Shown here one piece after another: positions 20,521 to 37,583 of a DNA stretch of 64,000 bases. The notes under the pieces are model-generated. The model was not told the DNA's origin, did not search any database, and saw only the letters and a program-made list of their open reading frames with translations. The position numbers and the translations under genes are program-made. Origin of the DNA: the human T2T-CHM13v2.0 reference genome, Homo sapiens; NCBI RefSeq assembly GCF_009914755.1, contig NC_060946.1; one strand, written 5' to 3'. Position 1 is the stretch's first letter. Every line of letters starts with the position of its first letter.

Positions 20521-23500
20521 TTAGTCAAAGCCTGGAGAATAGTTACATCTCCTGGATGTTAAGTTCAGAATTATGTCACAATGCCCCCTCCCAGTGGTGC
20601 CTAGGTAAGATTTGCATCATTTGGGTGATCAGTGCAGAGATATATCACAATGTCCCCAGTACAAAAAGCCTGGAAATGATTTACATCACCTCGGTGATCA
20701 GTGCATAAGTATTTCAGAAATCCCCAGTAGGCTGAACCTAGACAAGGGTTACATCACTTAGGTTATCAGTGTAGAGATATGTGAAAATTCCGGTGTAGAC
20801 AGAGCCTAGGCAAGTGTTTCATCACCTAGTGATCAGTGCAGGGATAAGTCGTAAAGCCTCCTGTAGGCAGAGTATAGACAAGTGTTTCCTCCCTGGGGTG
20901 ATCAGTGCAGTGCTATGTCACAAAGCCCCTGTAAGCAGAACCTTGACAAGGGTTACATCACCTGTTTGATCAGTAGAAATGTATATCACAAAGCCCCTCT
21001 AGGCAAACCCCAGACAATTGTTACATCACCTGGGTGAGCAGTGGAGAGATCTGTCACAATGCCCCTGTAGGCCGAGCTTAGACAAAGGTTACATCACCTG
21101 GGTAATCAATGCAGAGATATGTCAAAACGCTCCTGTAGGCTGAACCTAGACAGGACTTACATCACCCGGGTGATCAGTGCAGAGATATGTGAGAATTCCC
21201 GAGTAGGCAGAGCCTAGACAAGTTTTACATCACCTAGGTTATCAGTGCAGGTATAAGTCATAAAGCCTTTTGTAGGCAGAGCGTAGACAAGAGTTCCCTC
21301 CTCAGGGTGATCAGTGCAGAGATGTGTCACAAAGCCCCTGTAGGCAGAGCCTAGACAAGTGTTTCATCACTTGGTTGATCATTTCAGAGAAGTGTCACAA
21401 TGTCCATGTAGCCAGATCTAAGAAAAGAGTCCATCACCTGTGTGATCAGTGCAGAGATATGTACCAATGTCCCCTGTAGGCAGTGCCTAGACAACAGTTG
21501 CATCACCTCAGAGATCAGTGCATTGATGTGTCATAAAGCCTTCTATAGGCAAAGCCCATACAAGGCTTACATCAACTAGGTGATCAGTGCAGTCATATGT
21601 GACAAAAATCCCTGTAGACAGAGCCTAGACAAGAGTTACATCACCTGGGTGATCAGTGCAGATATTTGACACAATGCCCCCTTAGACAGAGCCTAGACAA
21701 GACTTCCATCACCTGGGTGATCAGTGCAGAGATACGTCACAAATCACCCTCCAGGCAGAGTACATAGAAGAGTCCCATCACCTGGGTGATCAGTGCAGAG
21801 ATAGTTCACAATGCCCCCTGTAGGCAGAGAGTGGACAAGAGTTACATAACCTAGGTGATCTGGGCAGGGCTATGTCAAAACGCCCTGTAGGCAGAGCCTG
21901 GATAAATGTTACATCACCTGGGTGATCATTGCAGAGATACGTCACAATACCCCCTGTAGGTGGAGCCTAGACAAGAGTTACATCACCTGGGTGATCAGTG
22001 CTGAGATATTTCACAAAGCCCCTGTACGCAGAGCCTAAACGAGAGTTACAACACCTGGGTGATCAGTGCAGAAATATGTCACAAAGCCCCTGTAGGCCGA
22101 GCCTAGACAAGAGTTACATCTCCTGGGGGATCAGTGCAAAGATATGTCACAAAGCCCCCTGTAGACAAATCACAGAAAATTGTTACATCACCTGGGTGAT
22201 CAGTGGAGATATCTGTCACAATTCCCCTTTAAGCGCAGCTTAGAAAAGCGTTACATCACATGAGTGATCAGTGCAGAGATATGTCACTATTCCCCTGTAG
22301 GAAGATCCAAGACAAGAGTCCATCACCTGGGTGATCAGTGCAGAAATATGCCACAATGCCGCCGGTAGGCAGATATAGACAAGAGTTACATCACCTGCGT
22401 GATCACTGCAGATTTATGTCACAATGCCCCTGTAGGCAGAGCCTAGACAAGGGTTACATCACCTGGGTGATCAGTGCAGAGATATGTCACAAGCCCCCTG
22501 CAGCCAGAGCCTAGACAAGGGTTACATCAGCTGTGTGATCAGTGCAGTGACATGTCATAATGTCCCTGTAGCTATATCCTTGACAAAAGTGACATCACCT
22601 GGGTGATCAGTGCAGAGATATGTCACAATGTCTCCAGTAGGCAGAGCCTAGAGAAGAGCTACATCACCTGGGTGATCAGGGCAGAGATATGTCACAATGC
22701 CCCCTGTAAGCAGATCCCAGACAAGAGTTGCATCACCTCGGTGATCAGAGTAGAAATATGTCTCAATGCCCCCTGTCGGCGAAGCCTATACAAGAGTTAC
22801 ATCACCTCGGTGATCAGTGCTGTGATATGTGATAATGCCCCTGTAGGCAGAGCCTGGAAAAGAGTTACATCACTTGGGTGATCAGTACAGAGATATCACA
22901 CAATACTCCCTGTAAGTTGAGCCTAGACAAGAGTTACATAACCTGGGTGATCAGTGCAGAGATATGTCATAAATCCCACTCTAGGCAAAGCCTAGACAGG
23001 ATTTACATCACCTCAGCGATCAGTGCAGAGATATGTCCCAATGCCCTCTAGGCAGAGCTTAGACATGAGTCACATCTCCTGGGTGATCAGTGCAGAGATA
23101 AGTCACAATGCCCCCATAGGCAGAGCCTAGACAAGAGTTACATAACCCGGGCGATCCGTGCAGAGTGATGTCACAAAACCCTCTGTAGGCAGAGACTAGA
23201 AAAGAGTTACAACACCTGGGTGATCAGTGGAGAGATATGTCACAATTCTCCCTGTAGGCAGAGCATAGAGAAGAATTGCATCACCTGGGTGATCAGTGCA
23301 GAGATATGACACAGTGTCCACTGTAGGCAGAGCATAGAGAAGAGTTGCATCACCTGGGTGATCAGTGCAGAGATATGTCACGATGTCCCCTGTAGGCAAA
23401 GTCTAGGCAAGAGTTACATCACCTTTGTCATCAGTTCAGGGATATGTGAAAACGCCCCTGTAGGCAGAGCCTAGACAAGAGTTACCTCACCTAGTTGATT

Positions 23501-26370
23501 AGTGCAGAGATATTTCACATTACCACCTGTAGGCAGATGCTAGACAAGAGTTGAATCACCTGGGTGATCAGTGCAGAGATGTTTCACAACGCCCCCTTTG
23601 GGCAGAGGGTAGATAAGAGTTACATCACCTAGGTGATCAGTGCAGAGATTTGTCAAAATTCCCTGTAGGCAGTGCTTATAAAAGCATTACATCACCTAAG
23701 TGATCAGTGCAGAGATATGTCACAAAGCTCCTGTAGGCAGAACTTAGATGAGTTAAACCACCTGGGTGATCAGTGCAATGGTATGTCTCAAAGCCCCCTG
23801 TTGGCGAAGCCTAGACAATAGTTACATCACTTGTGTGATCAGTGGCGAGATCTCTCACAATTCCCCTGTATGCAGAGCTTATACAACACTTACATCATCT
23901 GGGTGATCAGTGCAGACATATGTCACAATGACCCCATAGGCAGATCCAAGACAAGAGTCCGTCACCTGGGTGATCAGTGCAGAAATAGGTCACAATGTCG
24001 CCTTAGGCAGTGCCTAGACAAAAGCCCCATCACCTGGATGATCAGTGCAGAGTTATGTCACAAAGTCCCTTTAGGCAGATCCTAGACAAGTATTACATCA
24101 CTTGGATGATCAGTGCAGATATTTGTCACAATGCCATTGTAGGCAGAGCCTAGTCAAGAGTTACATGACCTAGGTGATCAGTGCGGAGATACATCTCAAT
24201 GTCCCTGTAGGCAGAGCCTTGACAAGTGGTACATGACCTGGGTGATCATTGCAGGGATATTTCACAAAGCACCCTGTAGGCAGATCCTACAAAAGAGTTA
24301 CATCACCTAGGTGATCAGTGCAGAGATTTGTCAAAATTCCTTGTAGGCAGTGCTTATAAAAGTGTTACATCACCTAAGAGATCAGTGCAGAGATATGTCA
24401 CAAAGCTCCTGTAGGCAGAACTTAGATGAGTTACATCACCTGGGTAATCACTGCAAAGGTATGTCACAAAGACCCTTGTAGGCAAAGCCTAGACAATAGT
24501 TCCATCACTTGGGTGATCAGTGGCGAGATCTCTCACAATTCCCCTGTAGGCAGAGCTTATACAACGGTTACATCACCTGGGTTATCAGTGCAGACATATG
24601 TCACAATGCCCCCATAGGCAGATCCAAGACAAGAGTTCGTCACCTGGGTGATCAGTGCAGAAATCTGTTCCAATGCCCCCTTAGGCAAAGCCTAGACAAA
24701 AGCCCCATCACCTGGATGATCAGTGCAGTTATGTCACAAAGCACCCTGTAGGCAGATCCTAGAAAAGAGTTACATCACCTGGGTGATCAGTGCAGAAATA
24801 TGTCAAAATGTCACTGTAGGCAGAGCCTAGACAAGTGTTACATGACCTAGGTGATCAGTGCAGAGATACATCGCAATGTCCTGTAGGCAGAGCCTTGACA
24901 AGGGGTACATCACCTGGGTGATCATTGCAGGGATATTTCACAAAGCACCCTGTAGGTAGATCCTAGAAAGGATTTACATCACCTGGGTGATCAGTGCAGA
25001 GATATGTCACAATGCCACCGTTGGCAGAGCCTAGTCAAGTGTCCCATCACCTTGGTGAACAGTGCAGAGTTCTGCCACAATGCCCCTGTAGGCAGAGCCT
25101 TGACAAGTGATATATCACCTGGGTGATCATTGCAGGGATATGTCACAAAGCACCCTGTAGGCAGATCCTAGAGAAGAGGTATATCACCTGGATGATCCGT
25201 GCAGAGATATGTCACAAACCTTCTGTAGGCAGAGCCTAGACAAGTGTTATATTACCTGGGTGATCAGTGCAGTGATATGTCACAATGCCGTGCAGCCAAA
25301 GCATAGATTAAAGTTACAGCACCTGGGAGATCGGTGCAGAGATATGTCACAATTTCCCCAGTAGGCAGAGACCAGGCAAGATTTGGATCACACCGGGATC
25401 AGTGCAGACAAACGTCTCAATCCCCCTGTGGGCACAGCCTAGACAAGAGTTACATCACCTCGGTTAACAGTGCAGAGATATGTCAAAATGCCCCTGTAGG
25501 CAGAGCCTACACAAGTGTTACATCACTTAGGTGATCAGTGCAGAGATATGTCACAATACCACGTGTAAGCAGAGCCTAGACAAGAGTTACATCACCTGGG
25601 TGATCAGTGCAGAGATATATGACAAGTTCCCTTTAAGCAGCGCCTAGACAATAGTTACATCACCTGAGTGATCAATGCAGAGATCTGTCACAATGCCCCT
25701 TTAGGCAGAGCTTAAACCAGAGTTACATCACCTGGGTGATCAGTGCAGAGATATGTCACAATGCCCCCATAGGCAAATCCAAGACAAGAGTCCGTCACCT
25801 GGGTGATCAGTGCAGAAGTATGTGACAATGCCCCAAGTAGGCAGAGCCTAGAGAAGAGTCTCATTTCCAGGGTGATCAGTGCAGAGATATTTCAAAATGC
25901 CCCTTCAGGCAGAGCGTAAGCAAGGGGTACATCACCTAGATGATCAGAGCAGAGATATGACACAAGACCCCCTATAGGCAGATCCTGGACAAGAGTTACA
26001 TCACCTCGGTGATCAAAGCAGTGATATGTCACTATGTCCCGTAGGCAGAGCCTAGTCAAGCATTACATCACCTGGGTGATCAGTGCAGAGATGTGTCACA
26101 AAGCCCCCATACACAGAGCCTAGACAAGAGTCCCATCACCTGGGTGATCCCTGCAGAAATATGTCACAATGTCCCCATTGGCAGATCCACCACAAGAGTT
26201 ACATCACCTGGGTGATCAGTGTAGAGATATGTCACAATGCCCCTATAGGCAGAGCCTAGACAACAGTCCCATCACCTGGGTGATCAGTGCGGAGATATGT
26301 CACAAAGCCCCTGTAGGTAGAGCCTAGACAAGAGTTCCATCACTTCGTTGATCAATTCAGAGATGTGTCA
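20521..26370 (+). repeat. Beta satellite block
   Basis: 68-bp monomer array with an internal duplication of about 680 bp. Confidence 0.97.
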
Positions 26371-26612
26371 TGCTGACTGTTTGCTCCCGGAGCTCTGCGG
26401 GCACCTAGAAACATGCAGGGAAGGGTGGAAGCCCGGCATGTTGCCTTCGCTCTCCTTGCCAGTTGCCAAACCGGCCACACTGCACACTCCCCATGTTGCC
26501 GCACACGGGAATCCATCGTCAGGCCATCACGCCGGGGAGGCATCTTCTCTCTGGGGTCTCGCTCTAGTCTCCTACGTGGAAATGAGCGATAGCCACATGC
26601 CTGCCTGTGTGA

Positions 26613-28428
<1,816 letters not shown>

Positions 28429-29130
28429 GACTCGTGGTTGGGACGGGGTCGGGTCGGGGCAGGGCGGTGGCCTCTCTTTCGTGGGGAACACCTGGCTGGC
28501 TATGGAGGGGCATGTCATCCCCCCGCCCCCTCCACTGGGCTGACCGGCCTGGGATTCCTGTCTTCTAGGTCTAGGCCCGGTGAGAGGCTCCACACAGCGG
28601 AGAACTGCCATTCTTTCCTGGGCATCCCGGGGAACCCAGAGCTGGCCCAGGTACCAGCAGGTGGGCCGCCTACTGCTCACACGCGTGTTTGCGGGAAGTC
28701 GCCTGGGCTGTGGGAACAGCCCGGGCAGAGCTCTCATGCCTTTCCACGACCCCATTCCCGCCTGACCACCCCCACACCACCCCCAGCCACCACCCAAGGG
28801 AAATGCCTCCTCCCCTGGGGTAGGTGGAGACCCCCGTCCCGCCAAACACTGGCCCACGCAGCGACCACGCCTGACACCCCTCTGGCGGATCGCCTTCTCT
28901 GCGCCTCCGCGCTACCGTCGCCGGCCTGCCATGCCCCTGCAGCTTCCCAGCTGCCACCATGGAGCACCTGGCAGCGGAACCCTGACCTCTAGCTCTCTTG
29001 GCCGGCCTCCTAGCAAGACCTGGGCACATTGCGCACCGCAGCTGACGTGCAAGCGAGACCGCAGGTCTCTCTGTGCCCTTGTCCATCCGTGAAATTCCGG
29101 CTGAGGTTCTCCCAACACCTTCCGACGCTC

Positions 29131-32100
29131 TTTAGTCAAAGCCTGGAGAATAGTTACATCTCCTGGATGATCAGTTCAGAAATATGTCATAATGCCCCCT
29201 CCCTGCGGAGCCTAGAGTAGATTTGCGTCATTTGGGTGATCACTGCAGAGATATATCAAAATGTCCCCTGTACAAAAAGCCTGGAAATGATTTACATCAC
29301 CTCAGTGATCAGTGCATAGGTATGTCAGAAATCCCCAGTAGGCTTAACCTAGACAAAGGTTACATCACTTAGGTTATCAGTGTAGAGATATGTGAAAATT
29401 CCCTTTTAGACAGAGCCTAGACAAGTGTTCCATCACCTAGTGATCAGTGCAGAGATAATTCCTAAAGCCTCCTGTAGGCAGAGTGTAGACAAGTCTTTCC
29501 TCCCTGGGGTGATCAATGCAGAGATATGTCACAAAGGCCCTGTAAGCAGAACCTTGACAAGGGTTACATCACCTGTTTGATCAGTGGAAGTATATATCAC
29601 AAAGCCCCCTGTAGGCAAAGCCCAGACAATTGTTACATCACCTGGGTGGGCACTGGAGAGATCTGTCACAATGCCCCTGTAGGCAGAGCTTAGACAAGGG
29701 TTACATCACCTGGGTGATCAGTGCAGAGATATGTCAAAACATTCCTGTAGGCTGAACCTAGACAGGAGTACTCTCACCCGGGTGATCAGTGCAGACATAT
29801 GTGAGAATACCTGTGTAGGCAGAGTCTAGACAAGTGTTACATAACCCAGGTTATCAGTGCAGGTAGAATTCATAAAGCCTCCTGTAGGCAGAGCGTAGAC
29901 AAGAGTTCCTTCCCCAGGATGATTATTGCAGAGATGTGTCACATTGTCCATGTAGGCAGATCTAAGACAAGGGTCCATCACCTGGGTGATCAGTGCAGAG
30001 ATATGTCACAAATCCCCCTCTGGTCAGAGTATAGAGAAGAGTTCCATCACCTGGGTGATCAGTGCAGAGATATCTCACAATGCCCCCTGTAGGGAGAGAG
30101 TGGACAAGAGTTACATAACCTAGGAGATCTGTGCAGAGCTATGTTAAAACGCCCCTGTAGGCAGAACCTAGATAAATATTACATCACCTGGGTGATCAGT
30201 GCAGAGATACGTCACAATACCCCCTGTAGGTGGAGCCTAGACAAGACTTACATCACCTGGGTGATCAGTGCACAGATATGTCACAAAGCCCCTGTACGCA
30301 GAGCCTAAACAAGTGTTACATCACCTGGGTGATCAGTGCAGAAATATGTCACAAAGCCCCTGTAGGCCGAGCCTAGACAAGAGTTACATCTCCTGGGTGA
30401 TCAGTGCAAAGATATGTCACAAAGCCCCCTGTAGACAATTCCCAGAAAATTGTTACATCACCTGGGTGATCTGTGGAGATATCTCTCACAATTCTCCTTT
30501 AGGCGCAGCTTAGACAAGCGTTACATCACATGAGTGATCAGTGCAGAGATATGTCACTATGCCCCAATAGGGAGATCCAAGACAAGAGTCCATCACCTGG
30601 GTGATCAGTGCAGAAGTATGTCACAATGCCGCCAGTTGGCAGATATAGAAAAGAGTTACATCACCTGCGTGATCACTGCAGAGATATGTCACAATACACC
30701 TGTATGCAGAGCCTGGATAAGAGTCCCATCACCTGGGTGATCAGTGCAGAGTTGTGTCACAACGCCCCATTTTGGCAGAGCCTAGAGAAGGATTACATAA
30801 CCTGGGTGATCAGTGCAGAGATGTGTCACAAGCCCCCTGTAGCCAGAGCCTAGACAATTGTTACATCAGCTGTGTGAACAGTGCAGTGACATGTCACAAT
30901 GCCCTGTAGACATATCCTTAACCAAAGTGACAACACCTGGGTGATCAGTGCAGAGATATGTCACAATGTCTCCAGTAGGCAGAGCCTAGACAAGAGTTAC
31001 ATCACCTGGGTGATCAGGACAGAGATAAGTCACAATGCCCCCTGTAAGCAGATCCCAGACAAGAGTTGCATCACCTCGGTGATCAGTGCAGAGATATGTC
31101 TCAATGCCCCCTGTCGGCTAAGCCTATACAAGAGTTACCTCATGTCAGTGATCAGTGCAGTGATATGTGAAAATGCCCCTGTAGGCAGAGCCTAGACAAG
31201 AGTTACATCAACTGGGTGATCAGTGCAGAGATATCTCACAATACGCCCTGTAAGCAGAGCTTAGACAAGGGTTACATCACCTGAGTTAGTGCAGAGATAT
31301 GACATAAATCCCACTGTAGGCAAAGCCTAGACAAGTTTTACATCACCTCAGCGATCAGTGCAGAGATACTTCCCAATATCCCTCTAGGCAGATCTTAGAC
31401 AAGAGTCGTATCTCCTGGGTGATCAGTGCAGGTAAGCCACAATGCCCCCATAGGCAGAGCCTAGACAAGAGTTACATAACGCAGGTGATCCGTGCAGAGT
31501 GATGTCACAACGCCCTCTGTAGGCAGAGACTAGAAAAGAGTGACATCACCTGGGTGATCAGTGCAGAGATATGTCACAATGTCCCCTGTAGGCAGAGTAT
31601 AGAGAAGAGTTGCATCACCTGGGTGATCAGTGCAGAGATATGTCACTATGTCCCCTGTAGGCAGAGCATAGAGAAGAGTTGTATCACCTGGGTGATCAGT
31701 GCAGAGATATGTCACAAAGTCCCCTGTAGGCAAAGCCTAGGCAAGAGTTACATCACCTTTGTCATCAGTTCAGGGATATGTGTAAATACCCCTGTAGGCA
31801 GAGCCTAGAGAAGAGTTACATCTCCTAGTTGATCAGTGCAGAGATATTTCACAATACCCCCTGTAGGCAGATCCTAGACAAGAGTTGAATCACCTGGGTG
31901 ATCAGTGCAGAGATATTTCACAATGCCCCCTTTGGGCAGAGGGTAGACAAGAGTTACATCACCTAGGTGATCAGTACAGAGATTTGTCAAAATTCCCAGT
32001 AGGCAGTGCTTATAAAAGTGTTGTATCAATTAACTTATCAGTGCAGAGATATGTCACAACGTTCCTGTAGGCAGAAATTAGATGAGTTACATCACCTGGG

Positions 32101-34500
32101 TGATGATTGCAATGATATGTCACAAAGCCCCCTTTAGGCAAAGCCTAGACAATAGTTACATCACTTGGGTGATCAGTGGTGAGATCTCACACAATTCCCC
32201 TGACGGCAGAGCTTATACAACAGTTACATCACCTGGGTGATCAGTGCAGATATATGTCACAATGCCCCCATAGGCAGGTCCAATACAAGAGTCTGTCACC
32301 CGGGTGATCAGTGAAGAAATATGTCACAATGCCCCCTTAGGCACAGCCTAGACAAAAGCCCCATCACCTGGATAATCTGTGCAGAATTATGTCACAAAGT
32401 CCCTTTAGGCAGATCCTAGACAACAGTTACATCACTTGGATGATCAGTGCAGAGATATGTCACAATGCCACTGCAGGCAGAGCCTAGACAAGAGTTACAT
32501 GACCTAGATAATCATTGCAGAGATACATCGCAATGACCCTTTAGGCAGAGCCTTGACAAGTGGTATATCACCTGGGTGATCATTGCAGGGATATGTCACA
32601 AAGCATCCTCTAGGCAGATCATAGAAAAGAGTTACATCACCTAGGTGATCAGTGCAGAGATTTGTCAAAATTCCCTGTAGGCAGTGTTTATAAAAGTGTT
32701 ACATCACTTAAGAGATCAGTGCAGAGGTATGTCACAAAGCTCCTGTAGGCAGAATTTAGATGACTTACATCACCTGTGTGATCAGCGCAAATGTATGACA
32801 CAAAGCCCCCTGTAGGCAAAGCCTAGAAGACAGTTACATCACTTGGGTGATCAGTGGCGATATCTCTCAAAATTCCCCTGTAGGCAGAGCTTATACAACT
32901 GTTACATCACCTAGGTGATAAATGCAGAGGTATGTCACAATGCCCGCATAGGCAGATCCATGACAAGAGTCCGTCACCTGGGTGATCAGTGCAGAAATAT
33001 GTCACAATGACCCCTTAGGAAGAGCCTAGACAGAAGTGACAACACGTGGATGATCAGTGCATTGTTATGTCACAAAGTCCCTTTAGGCAGATCCTAGACA
33101 AGAGTTACATCACTTGGATGATCAGTGCAGAGATATGTCACAATGCCACTGTAGGCAGAGCCTAGACAAGAGTTACATGACCTAGGTGATCAGTGCAGAG
33201 ATACATCGCAATGTCCCTGTAGGCGGGGCCTTGACAAGTGGTATATCACCTGGGTGATCATTGCAGGGATATGTCACAAAGCACCGTGTAGGCAGATCCT
33301 AGAAAAGATTTACATCACCTGGGTGATCAGTGCAGAAATGTGTCACAATGCCACTGTTGGCAGAGCCTAGACAAGAGTTATATCACCTGGGTGATCAGTG
33401 CAGTGATATGTCACAATGCCGTGTAGCCAGAGCCTAGAATAAAGTTACAGCACCTGAGAGATCAGTGCAGAGATATGTCACAATGTCCCCAGTAGGCAGA
33501 GACCAGGCAAGAGTTGGATCACCTAGGGATCAGTGCAGAGATATGTCTCAATCCCCCTGTGGGCACAGCCTACACAAGAGTTACATCACCTCGGTTAACA
33601 GTGCAGAGATATGTCAAAATGCCCCTGTAGGCAGACCCTACACAAGTGTTACATCACTTAAGTTATCAGTGCTGAGATATGTCACAATACCGCCTGTAAG
33701 CGGAGCCTAGACAAGAGTTACATCACCTGGGTGATCAGTGCACATATATGTGACAAGGCCCCTTTAAGCAGCGCCTAGACAACAGTTACATCACCTGAGT
33801 GATCAGTGCAGAGATCTGTCACAATGCCCCTTTAGGCAGAGCTTAGACCAGAGTTACATCACCTCGGTGATCAGTGCAGAGATATGTCACAATGCCCCCA
33901 TAGGCAAATCCAAGACAAGAGTCTGTCACCTGGGTGATCAGTGCAGAAATATGTGACAATGCCCCCAGTAGGCAGAGCCTAGAGAAGAGTCCCATCACCT
34001 GGGTGATCAGTGCAGAGAAATTTCACAATGCCCCTGCAGGCAGAGCATAAACAAGTGTTACATCACCTAGATGATCAGTGCAGAGATATGTCACAAGACC
34101 CCCTATAGGCAGAGCCTGGACAAGACTTACATCACCTCGGTGATCAATGCAGTGATATGTCACTATTCCCTGTAGGCAGAGCCTAGTCAAGCGTTACATC
34201 ACCTGGGTGATCAGTGCAGAGATATGTCACAAAGCCCCCATACACAGAGCCTAGACAAGAGTCCCATCACCTGGGTGATCAGTCAAGAAATATGTCACAA
34301 TTCCCGCATAGGCAGATCCAACACAAGAGTTACATCACCTGGGTGATCAGTGTAGAGATATGTCACAATGCCCCCATAGGCAGATCCTAGACACAAGTCC
34401 CATCACCTGGGTGATCAGTGCAGAGATATGTCACAAAGCCACTGTAGGCAGAGCCTAGACAAGAGCTACATCACTTTGTTGATCAGTTCAGAGATGTGTA
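29131..34500 (+). repeat. Beta satellite block
   Basis: 68-bp monomer array with the same internal duplication as 20521-26370. Confidence 0.97.
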
Positions 34501-35069
34501 CTGCTGACTGTTTGCTCCCGGAGCTCAGCGGGCACCCGAAAACATGCAGGGAAGGGTGGAAGACCGGCATGGTGCCTTCGCTCTCCTTACCAGTTTCCAA
34601 ACCGGCCACTGCACACTCCCCATGTTGCCGCACACTGGAATCCATCCTCAGGCCATCACGCCGGGGAGGCATCTTCTCTCTGGGGTCTCGCTCTGGTCTC
34701 CTACGTGGAAATGAATGAGAGCCACTCGCCTGCGTGTGTGAGACTGTCCCGGCAACGGCGACACCCACAGGCACTGCCTCCTTCACGGAGAGAGGGCCTA
34801 GAACACTCCAGACTCCCACGGAGGTTCAGTTCCACACGCCCCTCCACCCACCCAGGGCGGTTTCTCCCTGCTGAAGACGCTTGGGGGCCCAGAGAGCGGC
34901 TTCCAGTTCCTGCGGGATTCCTGGCGAGGTCCGGAGAGCCAGCCCCCGAAACGCGCCCCCCTCACGCCTTCCCCCTCGCCCCCTTCCTCTTCGTCTCTGT
35001 GGCCCCACCACCACCATCACCACGCCCTGGTGTGGTGATGTGTGGGGCGGGCTGTCCCAGGGCTCACAG

Positions 35070-36519
<1,450 letters not shown>

Positions 36520-37221
36520 GATGCGGGGTTGGGACAGGGTCGGTTCGGGGCAGGGCGGTGGCCTCTCTTTCCTGGGGAACACCTGGCTGGCTATGGAGGG
36601 GCTTGTCTTCGCCCCGCCCCCTCCACGGGCTGACCGGCCTGGGATTCCTGCCTTCTAGGTCTAGGCCAGGTGAGAGACTCCACACAGCGGAGAACTGCCA
36701 TTCTTTCCTGGGCATCCTGGGGATCCCAGAACCGGCCCAGGTACCAGCAGGTGGGCCGCCTACCGCGCACGCGCGGGTTTGCGGGCAGCCGCCTGGGCTG
36801 TGGGAGCAGCCCGGGCAGAGCTCTCCTGCCTTTCCACCATCCCACCCCCGCCTGACCACCCACCCCCACCCCCACCCCCCACCCCCGGAAAATGCGTCCT
36901 CCCCTGGGCTGGGTGGAGACCCCCGTCCCGCGAAACACCGGGCCCGCGCAGCGTCCAGGCCTGACACCCCTCCGGCGGCTCGCCTCCTCTGCGCCTCCGC
37001 GCCACCGTCGCCGGCCCTCCCGTGCCCCTGCAGCCTCCCAGCTGCCACCATGGAGCGCCTGGCGGCGGAACGCACACCTCTAGTTCTCTTTGCCGGCCTC
37101 CTGGCTAGACCTGCGCTCATTGCGCACCCCGGCTGACGTGCAAGGGAGACCGCTGGCCTCTCTGTGCCCTTATCCATCCGTGAAATTCCGGCTGAGGCTC
37201 TCCCAACACCTTCCGACGCTC

Positions 37222-37353
37222 TTTCATCAAAGCCTGCAGAATAGTTATATCTCCTGGATGATCGGTTCAGAAATATGTCACAATGCCCCCTCCCTGCAGA
37301 GCCTAGAGAAGATTTGCATCATTTGGGTGATCAGTGCAGAGATATATCACAAT
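37222..37353 (+). repeat. Last two beta satellite monomers; end of array
   Basis: Monomers break off at GATATATCACAAT and AT-rich non-satellite DNA follows. Confidence 0.9.
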
Positions 37354-37583
37354 ATTTTCACTTATTTATTTTTTATAAGGAAAATCGAATGTTCCAGCAC
37401 CACTACTGAGCATCAGTCATTTCCTCTACTTGAGCTTCAGTGCCAATATCAAGGGCCATATACTGTTTATCAAGTTTCTATTTATGTTCCAGTTTAATCT
37501 TATGAGACCACCACAGTGTAGATGGTCGACTAGTTGACTGAAATGTGTTACATTGGGCATGACTGTTTATATTTGAAAATATT

